From Candidatus Obscuribacteraceae bacterium (GTDB taxonomy: Bacteria; Cyanobacteriota; Vampirovibrionia; Obscuribacterales; Obscuribacteraceae), in NCBI GenBank assembly GCA_044226015.1, contig JBGAHS010000008.1:96001-160000 (forward strand): DNA of 64,000 nt, written 5' to 3'. Positions 10,358 through 20,836 of this stretch are shown here, piece by piece (position 1 is the first letter of the stretch; each line of letters begins with the position of its first letter). Below the pieces are notes generated by a model that made no database searches, was not told the DNA's origin, and saw nothing but the letters and a program-made list of their open reading frames with translations. The position numbers and the translations under genes were made by a program.

Positions 10358-11836
10358 ATGTCAACACAAACGAGCAACGAATCGAAGGGAAGCGCCGCGA
10401 CCCAGACGAAAGTTCCAATCACAGTGGCCAAAGGTGATGGAATTGGACCAGAAATCATGGACGCAACGCTACACATCCTCAAAGAAGGTGGTGCGCGTCT
10501 TGAAATCGAAGAAATCGAAGTCGGCGAAAAAGTATACCTCCGTGGTATCGCGGCTGGTATCGAACCGCAATCCTGGGATTCGTTGAGAAGAACAAAAGTT
10601 TTCCTCAAAGCTCCTATCACAACCCCACAAGGCGGCGGCTACCAGAGCTTGAATGTAGCTACCAGAAAGACTCTAGGTCTTTACGCTAACATCCGTCCTT
10701 GCGTTTCCTACCATCCATACGTTGACACAAAGCATCCTAAGCAAAATCTAGTAATCGTTCGTGAAAACGAAGAAGATTGCTACGCAGGTATTGAATACAG
10801 ACAAACCAGAGACGTTTATCAGTGCTTGAAGCTCATCAGCCGTCCAGGTTCTGAGAAGATCGTCCGTTACGCTTTCGAGTACGCTCGTCGTTATAACCGC
10901 AAGAAAGTTACTTGTTTCATGAAAGACAATATCATGAAGCTAACCGATGGACTCTTCCACAAAGTGTTCGATGAAATCGGTGAAGATTATCCAGACATCG
11001 AAAAAGAAGCTTGGATCGTCGACATCGGTGCAGCTAAGATGGCTGATACACCAGAAGCTTTCGACGTTCTCGTCATGCCTAACCTCTACGGAGATATTCT
11101 CTCTGACGTAGCAGCACAAATCGCTGGTTCCGTAGGTCTTGCAGGTTCCGCAAATATCGGCGACCACTGCGCAATGTTCGAAGCTATCCACGGCTCCGCT
11201 CCACGTCGTGCAGGACAGAACCTCGCTAACCCATCAGGTCTGTTCCTCGGAGCAGTCCAGATGCTCGTGCACATCGACCAGCCAGATGTTGCAGAGCGCG
11301 TGCACAATGCATGGCTCAAGACGATCGAAGATGGCATCCACACTTACGACATCTTCGAAGAAGGCGTCAGCAAGCAAAAAGTTGGCACCAAAGAGTTTGC
11401 GCAAGCTATCGTTGATCGCCTCGGTCAAAAGCCAGAGAAGCTCGCACCAGTCAGCTATGCTCAAGCTCCTAAGCAAGACATCCGCAGCGTAGACAAAGCA
11501 TCCGTTGCTACCACAAAAGAAACAGTCGGTATCGACGTTTACTTGGATTGGAAAGAAGGCTCAGCTGACCAACTCGGTAAGATTGTTGAGAAGTTGGGAA
11601 CAGACAAGCTGCCATTCCACATGCTCACAAACCGTGGCGTTAAAGTGTATCCAAACGGTCTTCCAGAAACATTCTGCACAGACCACTGGCGCGCACGCTA
11701 CCTCCACGACGACATGAAGGCTATCAACCACGCTGACATTCTTGAACTCCTCAAGAAGTTCAATGAAGCAAAACTGGACTTCATCCAAACAGAAAATCTC
11801 TGCAAATTCAACGGCGAAAAGAATTTCTCCAACTAA
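10358..11836 (+). CDS. icd: NADP-dependent isocitrate dehydrogenase (form with C-terminal extension domain)
   Basis: Motifs GDGIGPEIM, FLKAPITTPQGGGY, RENEED, KDNIMKLTDG, NLYGDILSD and FEAIHGSAP; extra domain NRGVKVYP..FCTDHWR; AAGGAG RBS; codon bias typical of highly expressed genes. Confidence 0.95.
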   Translation: MSTQTSNESKGSAATQTKVPITVAKGDGIGPEIMDATLHILKEGGARLEIEEIEVGEKVYLRGIAAGIEPQSWDSLRRTKVFLKAPITTPQGGGYQSLNVATRKTLGLYANIRPCVSYHPYVDTKHPKQNLVIVRENEEDCYAGIEYRQTRDVYQCLKLISRPGSEKIVRYAFEYARRYNRKKVTCFMKDNIMKLTDGLFHKVFDEIGEDYPDIEKEAWIVDIGAAKMADTPEAFDVLVMPNLYGDILSDVAAQIAGSVGLAGSANIGDHCAMFEAIHGSAPRRAGQNLANPSGLFLGAVQMLVHIDQPDVAERVHNAWLKTIEDGIHTYDIFEEGVSKQKVGTKEFAQAIVDRLGQKPEKLAPVSYAQAPKQDIRSVDKASVATTKETVGIDVYLDWKEGSADQLGKIVEKLGTDKLPFHMLTNRGVKVYPNGLPETFCTDHWRARYLHDDMKAINHADILELLKKFNEAKLDFIQTENLCKFNGEKNFSN

Positions 11837-11860
11837 GTTGAAGCAGCAATAGATAATGCG

Positions 11861-11894
11861 CAAAGAGCACCGAATTCGGTGCTCTTTGTTTTTT
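11861..11894 (+). terminator. Rho-independent terminator of icd
   Basis: Perfect 28-bp palindrome CAAAGAGCACCGAATTCGGTGCTCTTTG followed by a T tract, 24 nt after the stop codon. Confidence 0.9.
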
Positions 11895-12040
11895 GATGAC
11901 TTATAGAAGGTTTGATTAGCAGGTTTGCTTAGACAAATTGCTTCGAACGAACTACCAGTTTCGGCGCTAACCATGGGCATAAGCAAAGTCAGCCAATGCG
12001 ATGTAGAATGAGCGGATAGAATCCTTCAAAGGTCCGAGTA

Positions 12041-13375
12041 ATGTACCGCCCCTCGCTTTCTCCTAAATGTATCGGCGCCTTTATGGTTGTTGCTAGTGTA
12101 CTGTCTATTTCTGCTTGTGGGCTCGATTTAGACCCATACAAAACAGTTAGCAAAGACAGAGCAAATTTCCCATTAATCTCGGCAACTCGCCCACTCGGGG
12201 CTGATTGTGGTCCAAATGACTCAGCCTCGATCAAACGCGCGCTTATGCATCCATTGGGACCAACTGGTGGTTGGCACGGAAAGAAAGCACAGATTGATTA
12301 CACAAAAACAAAAGATTTGAAAGAAAACATATTCCAATTGCATGACAACATGATTAGTGGCTACGTCAAAGTTAGCGAACCCGGTTATCTTGAGGCTCGC
12401 TCTTATGATGATGTGTACGGCGATGTTTACTGCGGTTGGTCTGATGATAAGCTAAAAATTGAGCCCACGGATAAATACGTTTTGATAAGCTTTGGACTTT
12501 GCACCGTGGGTGATGGCGGACTAGATCAGGTTCACGAAATTGCATTCTTTCCACAAAACTCAAACCGCGGGAAACTGATTTTTTCATCGGCGCACAAACA
12601 CACCGATAACATTGACGCAGCAGAGTTCTATGAGCCGAAGCTACTGGGAACCAGCGCGACCTTTAACAATTTTCTTGCTCTCGAAGTCATTCATTCCTAT
12701 TTAGCTAAGGGAGATCTAAAAAAAGCGAAAGAAGTAATCGACGATTCCTACAAAGCGCTCGCAGCATTGAGTGACTCTGTAGGCAGAGGACGGTCAGGTA
12801 CTACTGAAAGAATTCCAGCGAGATCTAGCCATCTGAATGATTTTGCACTATTGGAATGTTTCGAAGCAGGTTTATCGATTGGTGAAGAAGACTTCAGTAG
12901 CAAAATGCAAGTATTAGAGAAAACGCTCAAGGAAGAATCCCAATTTTCATTCAAAAGAGAACGAGAATGCACTGAAAAAATGTTGCCACTGTTTAGTTGG
13001 TTTGGAAAGCAATTCAATGGCAAAAAACCAACCGTCCAAATAAGTCAGATTAATAAAACCGGAATGCAGAAGGGCTTTGTGGGACATGAACCAGTCCTCA
13101 TTAGCGATTTTCTAAATGGATTAGTGGCGGAAGAAAAATTCCGAATGCTGAGCTCTCAATCAGCAAGTTTCTGGATTGGGATAAAAGCTTACCTTCACAA
13201 TGATATGAAAACTGCAGCAAAGGAATTCAAAATTTTTCTAGACGAAAAGCCTTACCAGACAATGGCTTTTGAAACCGCAGCAGCGGCAAAATTAAACCAC
13301 ACAATTGACAACTCCTCAGAATACAAAGGCAGCAGCACAATTACACTGTCGAGTTCAAAAAAAGAGCGTAAATAG
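12041..13375 (+). CDS. Hypothetical lipoprotein
   Basis: Hydrophobic N-terminus ending in lipobox-like ISAC; helical C-terminal half; no recognisable family. Confidence 0.65.
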   Translation: MYRPSLSPKCIGAFMVVASVLSISACGLDLDPYKTVSKDRANFPLISATRPLGADCGPNDSASIKRALMHPLGPTGGWHGKKAQIDYTKTKDLKENIFQLHDNMISGYVKVSEPGYLEARSYDDVYGDVYCGWSDDKLKIEPTDKYVLISFGLCTVGDGGLDQVHEIAFFPQNSNRGKLIFSSAHKHTDNIDAAEFYEPKLLGTSATFNNFLALEVIHSYLAKGDLKKAKEVIDDSYKALAALSDSVGRGRSGTTERIPARSSHLNDFALLECFEAGLSIGEEDFSSKMQVLEKTLKEESQFSFKRERECTEKMLPLFSWFGKQFNGKKPTVQISQINKTGMQKGFVGHEPVLISDFLNGLVAEEKFRMLSSQSASFWIGIKAYLHNDMKTAAKEFKIFLDEKPYQTMAFETAAAAKLNHTIDNSSEYKGSSTITLSSSKKERK

Positions 13376-13573
13376 GAGCGGGCAGCCAAGCACTCAACCC
13401 CATCTCGCAGAATGAAAGTTCATTAGCCTGAGTTTCAAGTAGCGATTTGAAATGCTCCTGAAAGGATTGTCTGTATAGTATGTACTGCGTTCTATAACGG
13501 CCAGTACAAGAAGACCTCACATGTAAGTCATGCGCCAGACTTATTCAACAGGCAAAGGGATTGGGGTCTAAAA

Positions 13574-14581
13574 ATGGAAGTTCTTCTGAAATTTACAGCC
13601 TGTGCGCTTGTCATCATGATTTCAGGGAGTCAACTCAGCCGCCATGGTGACGTAATAGCTGAAAAAACCGGGCTAGGGCGAAACTGGGTAGGACTAGTCT
13701 TACTCGCCACCGTTACTTCTCTTCCCGAATTGATCACCGGAATTTCAGCTGTTACTCTAAATGACCTTCCAGACATGGCGGTGAGTGGCACACTGGGAAG
13801 TTGCCTCTTTAACATGTTGGTCATAGCCGCACTCGACGTGTTTTCAAAAAAACGACCAGTATCACATATGGTGCATCAAGGTCATATCCTATCCGCAGGA
13901 TTTGGCATAGTTCTCATCGGCTTCGCCGCAGTAGACATCATATTCTCAAAATACATGCCTCCCATAAGATGGCTAAACTCCATTGACCCCATAAGCCTGG
14001 GCTACATTGTCATTTATTTGATAGCGATGAAACTCATTTACTCATATGAACAGCAGAGAATTCAGGAATTCGCCGGTGAAATCGCTGAAGCGACAAATGT
14101 AGGCTCCCAAAGCCTAGCCAGGTCGATCTTGCTCTTCTCACTCAACTCCGTTGTGATTGTAGCAGCAGCCTGCTATCTGCCTGAGCTCGGCGAGGAAATA
14201 GCAAAAATGACTGGCTGGGGTGAGAGCTTTATAGGGTCCTCCTTCATAGCTATAACCACATCACTTCCAGAAATCTCGGTTTCTGTCGTAGCAGCTCGAA
14301 TGGGAGCTTTCGATATGGCAGTAGCTAACTTGCTCGGCAGTAACCTCTTCAACGTCGTAATTTTGGCAGCAATCGACTTTTGCTTTTTAAAAGCACCATT
14401 GCTCAGTTGCGTTTCTCAAACCAACACACTTATGGCGTTGGCAGCCATGATTTCGATGGGCATAGTAGTTATCGGGTTAACCTATCGTTCAGAGAAAAAG
14501 TTGCTCTTTCTAGCAGGGGATGCAATTGCCATTGCTGTTGTCTACATCATGGCGAATGTCTTGCTGTTCATAGCTCATTAA
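13574..14581 (+). CDS. Sodium:calcium / cation:H+ exchanger (CaCA, YrbG-like)
   Basis: Two alpha repeats (ATVTSLPE...GS.LFN and AITTSLPE...GSNLFN); ~10 TM helices. Confidence 0.9.
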   Translation: MEVLLKFTACALVIMISGSQLSRHGDVIAEKTGLGRNWVGLVLLATVTSLPELITGISAVTLNDLPDMAVSGTLGSCLFNMLVIAALDVFSKKRPVSHMVHQGHILSAGFGIVLIGFAAVDIIFSKYMPPIRWLNSIDPISLGYIVIYLIAMKLIYSYEQQRIQEFAGEIAEATNVGSQSLARSILLFSLNSVVIVAAACYLPELGEEIAKMTGWGESFIGSSFIAITTSLPEISVSVVAARMGAFDMAVANLLGSNLFNVVILAAIDFCFLKAPLLSCVSQTNTLMALAAMISMGIVVIGLTYRSEKKLLFLAGDAIAIAVVYIMANVLLFIAH

Positions 14582-14799
14582 AATGGCTTTCGTATGTGGA
14601 TAGATTTCATTGAACTCACCACTTACACTGCGGCTCCAACAACGTCGCCGCTAACTGCATAAGTAAATTGCTCGTAAAGATAGGGCTAAGCTTGTTAGGC
14701 TCTCGTAAAGCTTCCGTCTGCACGGAAATGGACTGGCTGAATAGCGGTATCATTCACCTTGCTCGAAACAATGCACGTTTCGAAAAAGGAGAAATTGAA

Positions 14800-15750
14800 A
14801 TGAAAAGACCATTGATTGTTTCACTGGCATCATTGTTGTTGATATCTGCATCATATAAATGCTCGGGTGCAGAACTTCCAGCCTGGCAGCCAGCCCAGGG
14901 ATTCAAACAGGTTCCCATTTGGCCAGGAAAAATACCCGACCCTCTGAAAACAAAGGGTCCAGAAATTACTACACGATCGGAAGATCTCGTTGGAGGAAAA
15001 ACAGTTCTTTGCTCCCAAAAAGTTGCAACTCCAACGATGACTGTCTATCCAGCTAAAGGCAAGAACACTGGCGCTGCAGTTGTTATATTCCCGGGTGGAG
15101 GTTTTTGGATCTTAGCAATGGATCTAGAAGGCACCGAGGTGGCGGAGTGGCTCACCGCTCGTGGTATCACTTGTATATTGCTCAAATACCGGGTACCTGG
15201 CGATAATTTATCGCCAAGAACCGGCTGTTATCCGAAGTGTCCCATGGCTCTGGAAGACGCGCAGAGAACCATTAGATTAGTACGTTCGCATGCAGAAGAG
15301 TGGCATATTGATCCACACAAGGTTGGAGTACTTGGATTTTCTGCTGGCGGACATCTAGTAGCAGCTACAAGCAATCACTATGCAAAAACCATATACAAGC
15401 CCGTTGATGCTGCCGACAAGCTAAGCTGCCGACCTGATTTTGCTATTGCACTGTACCCGGGCCACATGCTCGAGGGCGCGAAGAAGCCCTTCGAATTGAA
15501 CCCAACGATTCCCGTTACAAAAAACACTCCGCCTACATTTATAGTACAAGCTGAGGATGACCCTGTGGATGAGGTAGAGAATTCACTAGCCTATTTTGCA
15601 GCACTGCGAAAAGCAGGCGTGCCGACCGAAATGCATATCTATGCGCAGGGAAAACATGGGTTCGGTTTACGCCGGACGAATCTGCCAATCACGAAATGGA
15701 CCGACCTGGCAGAGACATGGCTCAAAACAATTGGCGTGATAAAAGACTAG
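14800..15750 (+). CDS. Secreted alpha/beta hydrolase (acetyl-esterase/BD-FAE-like)
   Basis: PGGGF oxyanion motif, GFSAGG nucleophile elbow, AEDD and HGFG; AAGGAG RBS before ATG 14800; signal peptide. Confidence 0.88.
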   Translation: MKRPLIVSLASLLLISASYKCSGAELPAWQPAQGFKQVPIWPGKIPDPLKTKGPEITTRSEDLVGGKTVLCSQKVATPTMTVYPAKGKNTGAAVVIFPGGGFWILAMDLEGTEVAEWLTARGITCILLKYRVPGDNLSPRTGCYPKCPMALEDAQRTIRLVRSHAEEWHIDPHKVGVLGFSAGGHLVAATSNHYAKTIYKPVDAADKLSCRPDFAIALYPGHMLEGAKKPFELNPTIPVTKNTPPTFIVQAEDDPVDEVENSLAYFAALRKAGVPTEMHIYAQGKHGFGLRRTNLPITKWTDLAETWLKTIGVIKD

Positions 15751-16808
15751 CTACGCAAAGTTCCGGCCAAATTGTCGTCTGATGTTTTGGCGATTGTACC
15801 GGGTTGCGCGGAATTTCCTTGCGTATCCTTTCCAGGAATTCGAAAGGAGAAAATAGGATTTTTCAATCTCAAAATCAGAAGGAATCCTACAGCACAGGTC
15901 AACAAAGTCGCCCCAGCAAGAACAACGCTGGTAAACAGCATAGTGCGAAGCAAATTGTTTAACTCGCGAAGCTCATTTTTCAAATCAGTTATGGGCGCAG
16001 TGACCTTATTTACAGGCTCTTTTAGAGAGTCAATCTGGGTGCTCAAGCTTCCCAGCTGACTCTGAATCTGCCCAACTTGATCTTGCATGCCAGAAATCTG
16101 TCCGCCTACGTTGCCTACTTTGTTCTCTACATTTGTGAGGGGACCAAGTACATCAACCAGCGGCTTCTCCATTCGTTCTAACGGCACTTGCAACTTGATC
16201 ATTTGAGCGCTCATGTTTTTGATATCGCCGCGAACTTTGGTGACTTCGCGTATGTCTTTGTGCAGATCAATCACTTCCTGCAAGTCGTGATGAACACTGT
16301 TGAGGTCATCCGTTATGTGATAAATCTTTGGTAAATCACCCGACAATTTGTTGAGATTTTCGCTCAAACCGCCAAGATTGCTCTGCATGCCAGAGAGGTG
16401 GGTGTTGATTCCTCCCATCTTGTCCTCAAGCTTTTGGAAAGCTGGCTCTAAAGCATTCATTGGACGTTGCAATTCAACAATTTGGGTCTCAAGGTCCTGC
16501 GCTTCCTGACGAAGCTTCCAGACCGGACGCAACATCCGTTTAATAGGATGAAACCCTTTGATTGGCTGATTCCATTTTGCAATCTGCTCTGGGGTCGGCT
16601 GATAGGCATCACTGTGTTTAACGCTCACTGACCCGGTTTGAACTTTGGTCTGTGGTAGCGCTCCGCCAGCAACATTAGTGGAGTCTGCGCCGCCATCAGC
16701 TGCACAAGCGCCAGAAACTGACAATAAAAATGCCGTGCTCAATAAAAAACAGACTGGGTGCCGGTTCACATTCAACCTCTTTGACTTATAGTGCCCTGAA
16801 TATAACAT
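15747..16808 (-). CDS. Hypothetical coiled-coil protein with signal peptide and C-terminal TM anchor
   Basis: N-terminal hydrophobic segment, long heptad-patterned region, and TM segment MLFTSVVLAGATLLTCAVGFLLIL. Start uncertain. Confidence 0.7.
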   Translation of the reverse strand: MLYSGHYKSKRLNVNRHPVCFLLSTAFLLSVSGACAADGGADSTNVAGGALPQTKVQTGSVSVKHSDAYQPTPEQIAKWNQPIKGFHPIKRMLRPVWKLRQEAQDLETQIVELQRPMNALEPAFQKLEDKMGGINTHLSGMQSNLGGLSENLNKLSGDLPKIYHITDDLNSVHHDLQEVIDLHKDIREVTKVRGDIKNMSAQMIKLQVPLERMEKPLVDVLGPLTNVENKVGNVGGQISGMQDQVGQIQSQLGSLSTQIDSLKEPVNKVTAPITDLKNELRELNNLLRTMLFTSVVLAGATLLTCAVGFLLILRLKNPIFSFRIPGKDTQGNSAQPGTIAKTSDDNLAGTLRS

Positions 16809-16971
16809 AACGGCTAGATTCCATTATTTACGGTGCTCTAAAGTAGACAAATTCAACAGACGCCAAAACGGGCAAAATGTGGCATCACAAGCTTAACTTC
16901 ATCCAATCTTGAATAATAACACCTGACTGATAATCGCGCCAAGCGTGATAGTACGCAGATTATGAACAGCT

Positions 16972-18711
16972 TTAGGGAGACTCATTCGACCGTTCGAGAA
17001 CTAGAATTTCTTTATTAGCAAGGCTTAGCGGACTCCAATAACGTTTTCGGGTCAGAACCGAATACCCAGGAAACTCAGCATTTGAGACCAGGAAGCGATC
17101 GCCGCTAATCGGCCACCAGCGATAATCTTTCTGGGACACTCCCCCCCTTAATTCAGCGGGGAAGATGCCAATTCCGTATTGTTTGCCCAAGAGTTCCTTT
17201 GCAAATAGAGATGTATTACTACTGAGATTGAACTCAGGACCGCCGTCTATCTCTAAAGCAGAAACACCTGATTTCACAAGTCCTCTAATGAGAGACCATT
17301 TACACTGGTTGAAGGAAAAACAATCCCAGAGGGCAAGGCTCGAGTAAGCATACATTATTGCGAGCAGTCCAAAGCTGAGGTAATGCCTACGTTTTCCATG
17401 TCCAGAAAACCTCTGAGCGAAAGTGATTATGATTAACGCCGGAATCAAGAGACCGATGTTGTACCTGTCGAAATTGATCACACGAGATTGAACAATAAAG
17501 AATGCCAGACTGACAGAAAACAAACTCAAAACCGAACATATGAAGAGCGTTTTTGGCTTGACTGTCAGCCGCCGCAGTTCCTTCAAGAGTTGGATCAGGA
17601 CAAGTTGAATTGTCTGCCAAAACACAAAAGCGAAAGCGGTGCCAATGGCAATCAAACAAAGGGTTAGTTGAAACTGTTCGCTGCCCGTCCATCCTTTATG
17701 ACTATCTTGAAAAATACAGTATGATCCCACATAGGGTGGGAAGAAAATAGAAACACTATACGGAGCCCTATCTCCTTGAATAAGAGCCAGGCTCAAAGGG
17801 CTGCAGCAAAGGAAAAATGCACCTGCGGCGGCTACCATAGACAACGGAAGAAAACGCCTTTTTCCGAGGAGAGCAATCACCGCTGGCGGTATCAGGGCGA
17901 GTAAATAAAACCCCAAATAGGAAAAGGTCTTCGCTGCAGTAAGAACGATGTATCGGAAGGCGGCAAAACCACCGCTAAAGAGTTCAATGAATGACTCATG
18001 AAGCCTGTCTTTATATGCGATGGTAGGCAGCGGGTAGAGATTTTGACTTGTGGCAAATTGATCAGACCAATTGCAAATGAACAACGCAGGAATCAAAAGA
18101 AGAAAGGGAAGAAGCATCGCTTGCTTTCGCTTCAACACGAAAAACAAAATTGGCGGAATAAAACTGCTCACAAGGAAAATGGCGGTCTGGCGGCAAAGGA
18201 TCGCGCTAATGAGGGAAATCAGACTCAAAGTCATCAAGGACGCAGAACTTCGGTTTAACGCTTTCAACAAAAAGAGCAGACAAAGTGCAGAAAAGAAAAG
18301 CCATGGCAGATCAGTCATGTAGCAAATCGACAAGAAAACGACCATGGGATTAGTCCAGAAGATCGCGGCAGCGCAAACAGCCGTATGATGACGCAAGCCT
18401 AGATGACGAATGATAGAAAAAATAGTTAGCCCAGTACCCAGCGAGAAGGCTAACGAAAGCAAATGTAGAGGAACATAAGAAGGTCCCCAAACTAGGTTCG
18501 CCAGGGCACCTAAACTGAGTGGAATAAAACAAGTGGGCGTAGTAGCCATGAACTTGAATTCGCCTAAACGACGAAGGTGGTCGATGCTCCAGAAATAGTA
18601 CTCGTCATCTAGCAACGGAAAATCGGTTTGCAGCCCAAGAATAAATGCCGGCAACAGCGCTAAAAGAGCGACACAAATAAGCGGCAGTGAATAATTTCCT
18701 CGACTTTGCAT
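16972..18711 (-). CDS. GT-C fold membrane glycosyltransferase (ArnT/PMT_2-like), paralog A
   Basis: DFPLLDDEY in the first external loop, plus YMTDLP, RQ, PPYVG, DRY, IDGGPEFN and RWWP motifs; many TM helices. Confidence 0.8.
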   Translation of the reverse strand: MQSRGNYSLPLICVALLALLPAFILGLQTDFPLLDDEYYFWSIDHLRRLGEFKFMATTPTCFIPLSLGALANLVWGPSYVPLHLLSLAFSLGTGLTIFSIIRHLGLRHHTAVCAAAIFWTNPMVVFLSICYMTDLPWLFFSALCLLFLLKALNRSSASLMTLSLISLISAILCRQTAIFLVSSFIPPILFFVLKRKQAMLLPFLLLIPALFICNWSDQFATSQNLYPLPTIAYKDRLHESFIELFSGGFAAFRYIVLTAAKTFSYLGFYLLALIPPAVIALLGKRRFLPLSMVAAAGAFFLCCSPLSLALIQGDRAPYSVSIFFPPYVGSYCIFQDSHKGWTGSEQFQLTLCLIAIGTAFAFVFWQTIQLVLIQLLKELRRLTVKPKTLFICSVLSLFSVSLAFFIVQSRVINFDRYNIGLLIPALIIITFAQRFSGHGKRRHYLSFGLLAIMYAYSSLALWDCFSFNQCKWSLIRGLVKSGVSALEIDGGPEFNLSSNTSLFAKELLGKQYGIGIFPAELRGGVSQKDYRWWPISGDRFLVSNAEFPGYSVLTRKRYWSPLSLANKEILVLERSNESP

Positions 18712-18999
18712 GAGGCTAGTTTATGTTCTAGCTCAGCGCAACAGTTTAGACGGTGCTTATCTAAGAATTTGAACAGTGCTTCCCAAACACAAAAATTCAA
18801 ATGAGGGTCAATCTCGACTTTATTTGAAAGTTCTCAACTGAATGAGTTTGGGGGGCTTGATCCCTGAAAACTGCTTTTTCAGGCAATCGAAGATTATTTA
18901 GCTTAGTTCATTTTTCTAAGCTGAAGACTAGATAATCAAACTGTGACCCGCTTTCGAAGCTGTCATGAGATAATTTTCCCGTTGTATAAGGAAGTTCGA

Positions 19000-20805
19000 A
19001 TGACAGTCGGGTCAACCGTTACACAAGTAAAAGCGATATCTCCAATAAGGGAAGTTCGCAACCCGGTACTCCAAATGCTCACAGCCCCCGCGGCACCATT
19101 TGTGGTGACTGCGGTTTTCCTTGCAGTGCTAGCTATCTGGACCGCTCTAGATCATGCACTCCCCATGCATGATGCGGCCTGGCATAGCATTTACAGCAAC
19201 TCAGTGAAGCAATGGCTCAACCGACCCAGAGCCTGGTCATTAGCTACTCTCAACGCAATTTTATGCATGCAACCAAACTATCCGGCTGGCACCTGGTTCG
19301 TGAATGGATTCTTCAAGCTTTTCTTGGGCGACAGCTTGCTTGCCGAACATATCATTTTGGCGGCGCACCTGTGCATTTTGAACGCAGCCACCTGGACTAT
19401 GACACATGCACTCACGAAAGACAAAGCTAAGGCGACCTTATCAATCTTCTTTCTTGATTGCACTCCGCTAATTTTGTTTCTTCAGCACGTTTCCTTTATT
19501 GATCTTCCTCATACCGCATTTTTCGCGACCTTCTTCTGCGCGCTAACTTGCTGGTGGCAGAAACCGAATTGGGGTCGTGCCTTACTCTGCGGAATCAGTT
19601 TCGCGTTTTATTGTGCAAGCAAACAAATAGCTGTGTTTTACGGCGCTCCAATTTTAGCCGTAATGGCTCTATTACTGCTATCGCAGAGAAAATTTGCGGC
19701 GCTGGCGCAATTGGTTTCGATAGGAGTTTTTGGTGCGGCAGCTCTCGCCAGCTGGATAGTTCCCAATCACGCTGAGCTTGCAAAATATACGCAGAACAGG
19801 TCAAGTCTAGCTGCGCAGAGAATTGGATTCATTCCAGGACTGAGCCGAAACTTCGCAATGACAGCGAGTTCTCTTTTCCAGGGCTTCTCACCTCTGATGA
19901 GCATATTTTTGCTTTTCAATTTCTTCAATTTGAGACGCAAAGACATGAAGGAACTCTGGATACCAATACTTGGGGCTGTTTCTGGAATAGTCCTGGTCAA
20001 TTCTATAGCCTTCTTCAATTTGCCTGAAGCAAGATATTTCGGACCGGTAATGGTGCCGATGGCGATGTTACTCGCAAGCGCACTCGTCAATTCATTTAGT
20101 AGCAGCCCCGCTGAGAAATCTGCCTGCGAAGAGCCCTCCGGAAAGACTTCAGGCAAATCACTCAGCGTGGTCACATTAGCCAGCGCCATAAGCCTGTGCT
20201 TCATTCAAGCTCTAGTCTTTTGCTTTCAAAAAACTCCCGTCATTTTGTATGAAGGTCAGGAACCCACCAACAAGGTGAGTAACGTTTACAAATGGCTTGG
20301 CGTGCTGGACCCAATGATTAATACCAAGCTTTCCTTTGTGCCAAAAGGCGACCCCTGGAAGCAGGAATGGCTCTTCAATTTCATTGAGCAAGTGGAAGGC
20401 AAAGGTCGCCCAGTTTACTTGAGTGTGCTGGCAAACTCACCTGAGTTCAATCAAGGAACAATGGTCTGCATGGCGCATATGCGCAAGCCCTGTGTCTTCC
20501 CAACAAGCTGGCGTTGCACCATGCCTGACGTCAGCGACTCTTTCTCGTGCTCTGACAGCGAGCTGCACTTCATGCAATGGGTTGTGGAGAAAACTGGTCC
20601 TCAATACTGTAGGTGGTTTGACGAACGAAGCCGTCAGAACTATGAGGCAGTGCTGACAAAATTGAAGGACAAAGCGAACTTTACAGAGGCCGCAAGGCAG
20701 CAATTGCCAGATGGCACAGAGCTTGTTCTCTACCAAAACAATTACTGGAAGTTCAACAGAGCTTTGATAACTCCAGACCTGCTGAAAGCGACCCAAAAGA
20801 ACTAA
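19000..20805 (+). CDS. GT-C fold membrane glycosyltransferase (ArnT/GT39-like), distinct subfamily
   Basis: LPMHDAAWH loop, YP, FIDLP, SKQ and EARYF motifs; multi-TM region plus soluble C-terminal domain; AAGGA RBS before ATG 19000. Confidence 0.8.
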   Translation: MTVGSTVTQVKAISPIREVRNPVLQMLTAPAAPFVVTAVFLAVLAIWTALDHALPMHDAAWHSIYSNSVKQWLNRPRAWSLATLNAILCMQPNYPAGTWFVNGFFKLFLGDSLLAEHIILAAHLCILNAATWTMTHALTKDKAKATLSIFFLDCTPLILFLQHVSFIDLPHTAFFATFFCALTCWWQKPNWGRALLCGISFAFYCASKQIAVFYGAPILAVMALLLLSQRKFAALAQLVSIGVFGAAALASWIVPNHAELAKYTQNRSSLAAQRIGFIPGLSRNFAMTASSLFQGFSPLMSIFLLFNFFNLRRKDMKELWIPILGAVSGIVLVNSIAFFNLPEARYFGPVMVPMAMLLASALVNSFSSSPAEKSACEEPSGKTSGKSLSVVTLASAISLCFIQALVFCFQKTPVILYEGQEPTNKVSNVYKWLGVLDPMINTKLSFVPKGDPWKQEWLFNFIEQVEGKGRPVYLSVLANSPEFNQGTMVCMAHMRKPCVFPTSWRCTMPDVSDSFSCSDSELHFMQWVVEKTGPQYCRWFDERSRQNYEAVLTKLKDKANFTEAARQQLPDGTELVLYQNNYWKFNRALITPDLLKATQKN

Positions 20806-20836
20806 TACACTGACGGCAGATCTCGATTGGAACAAA

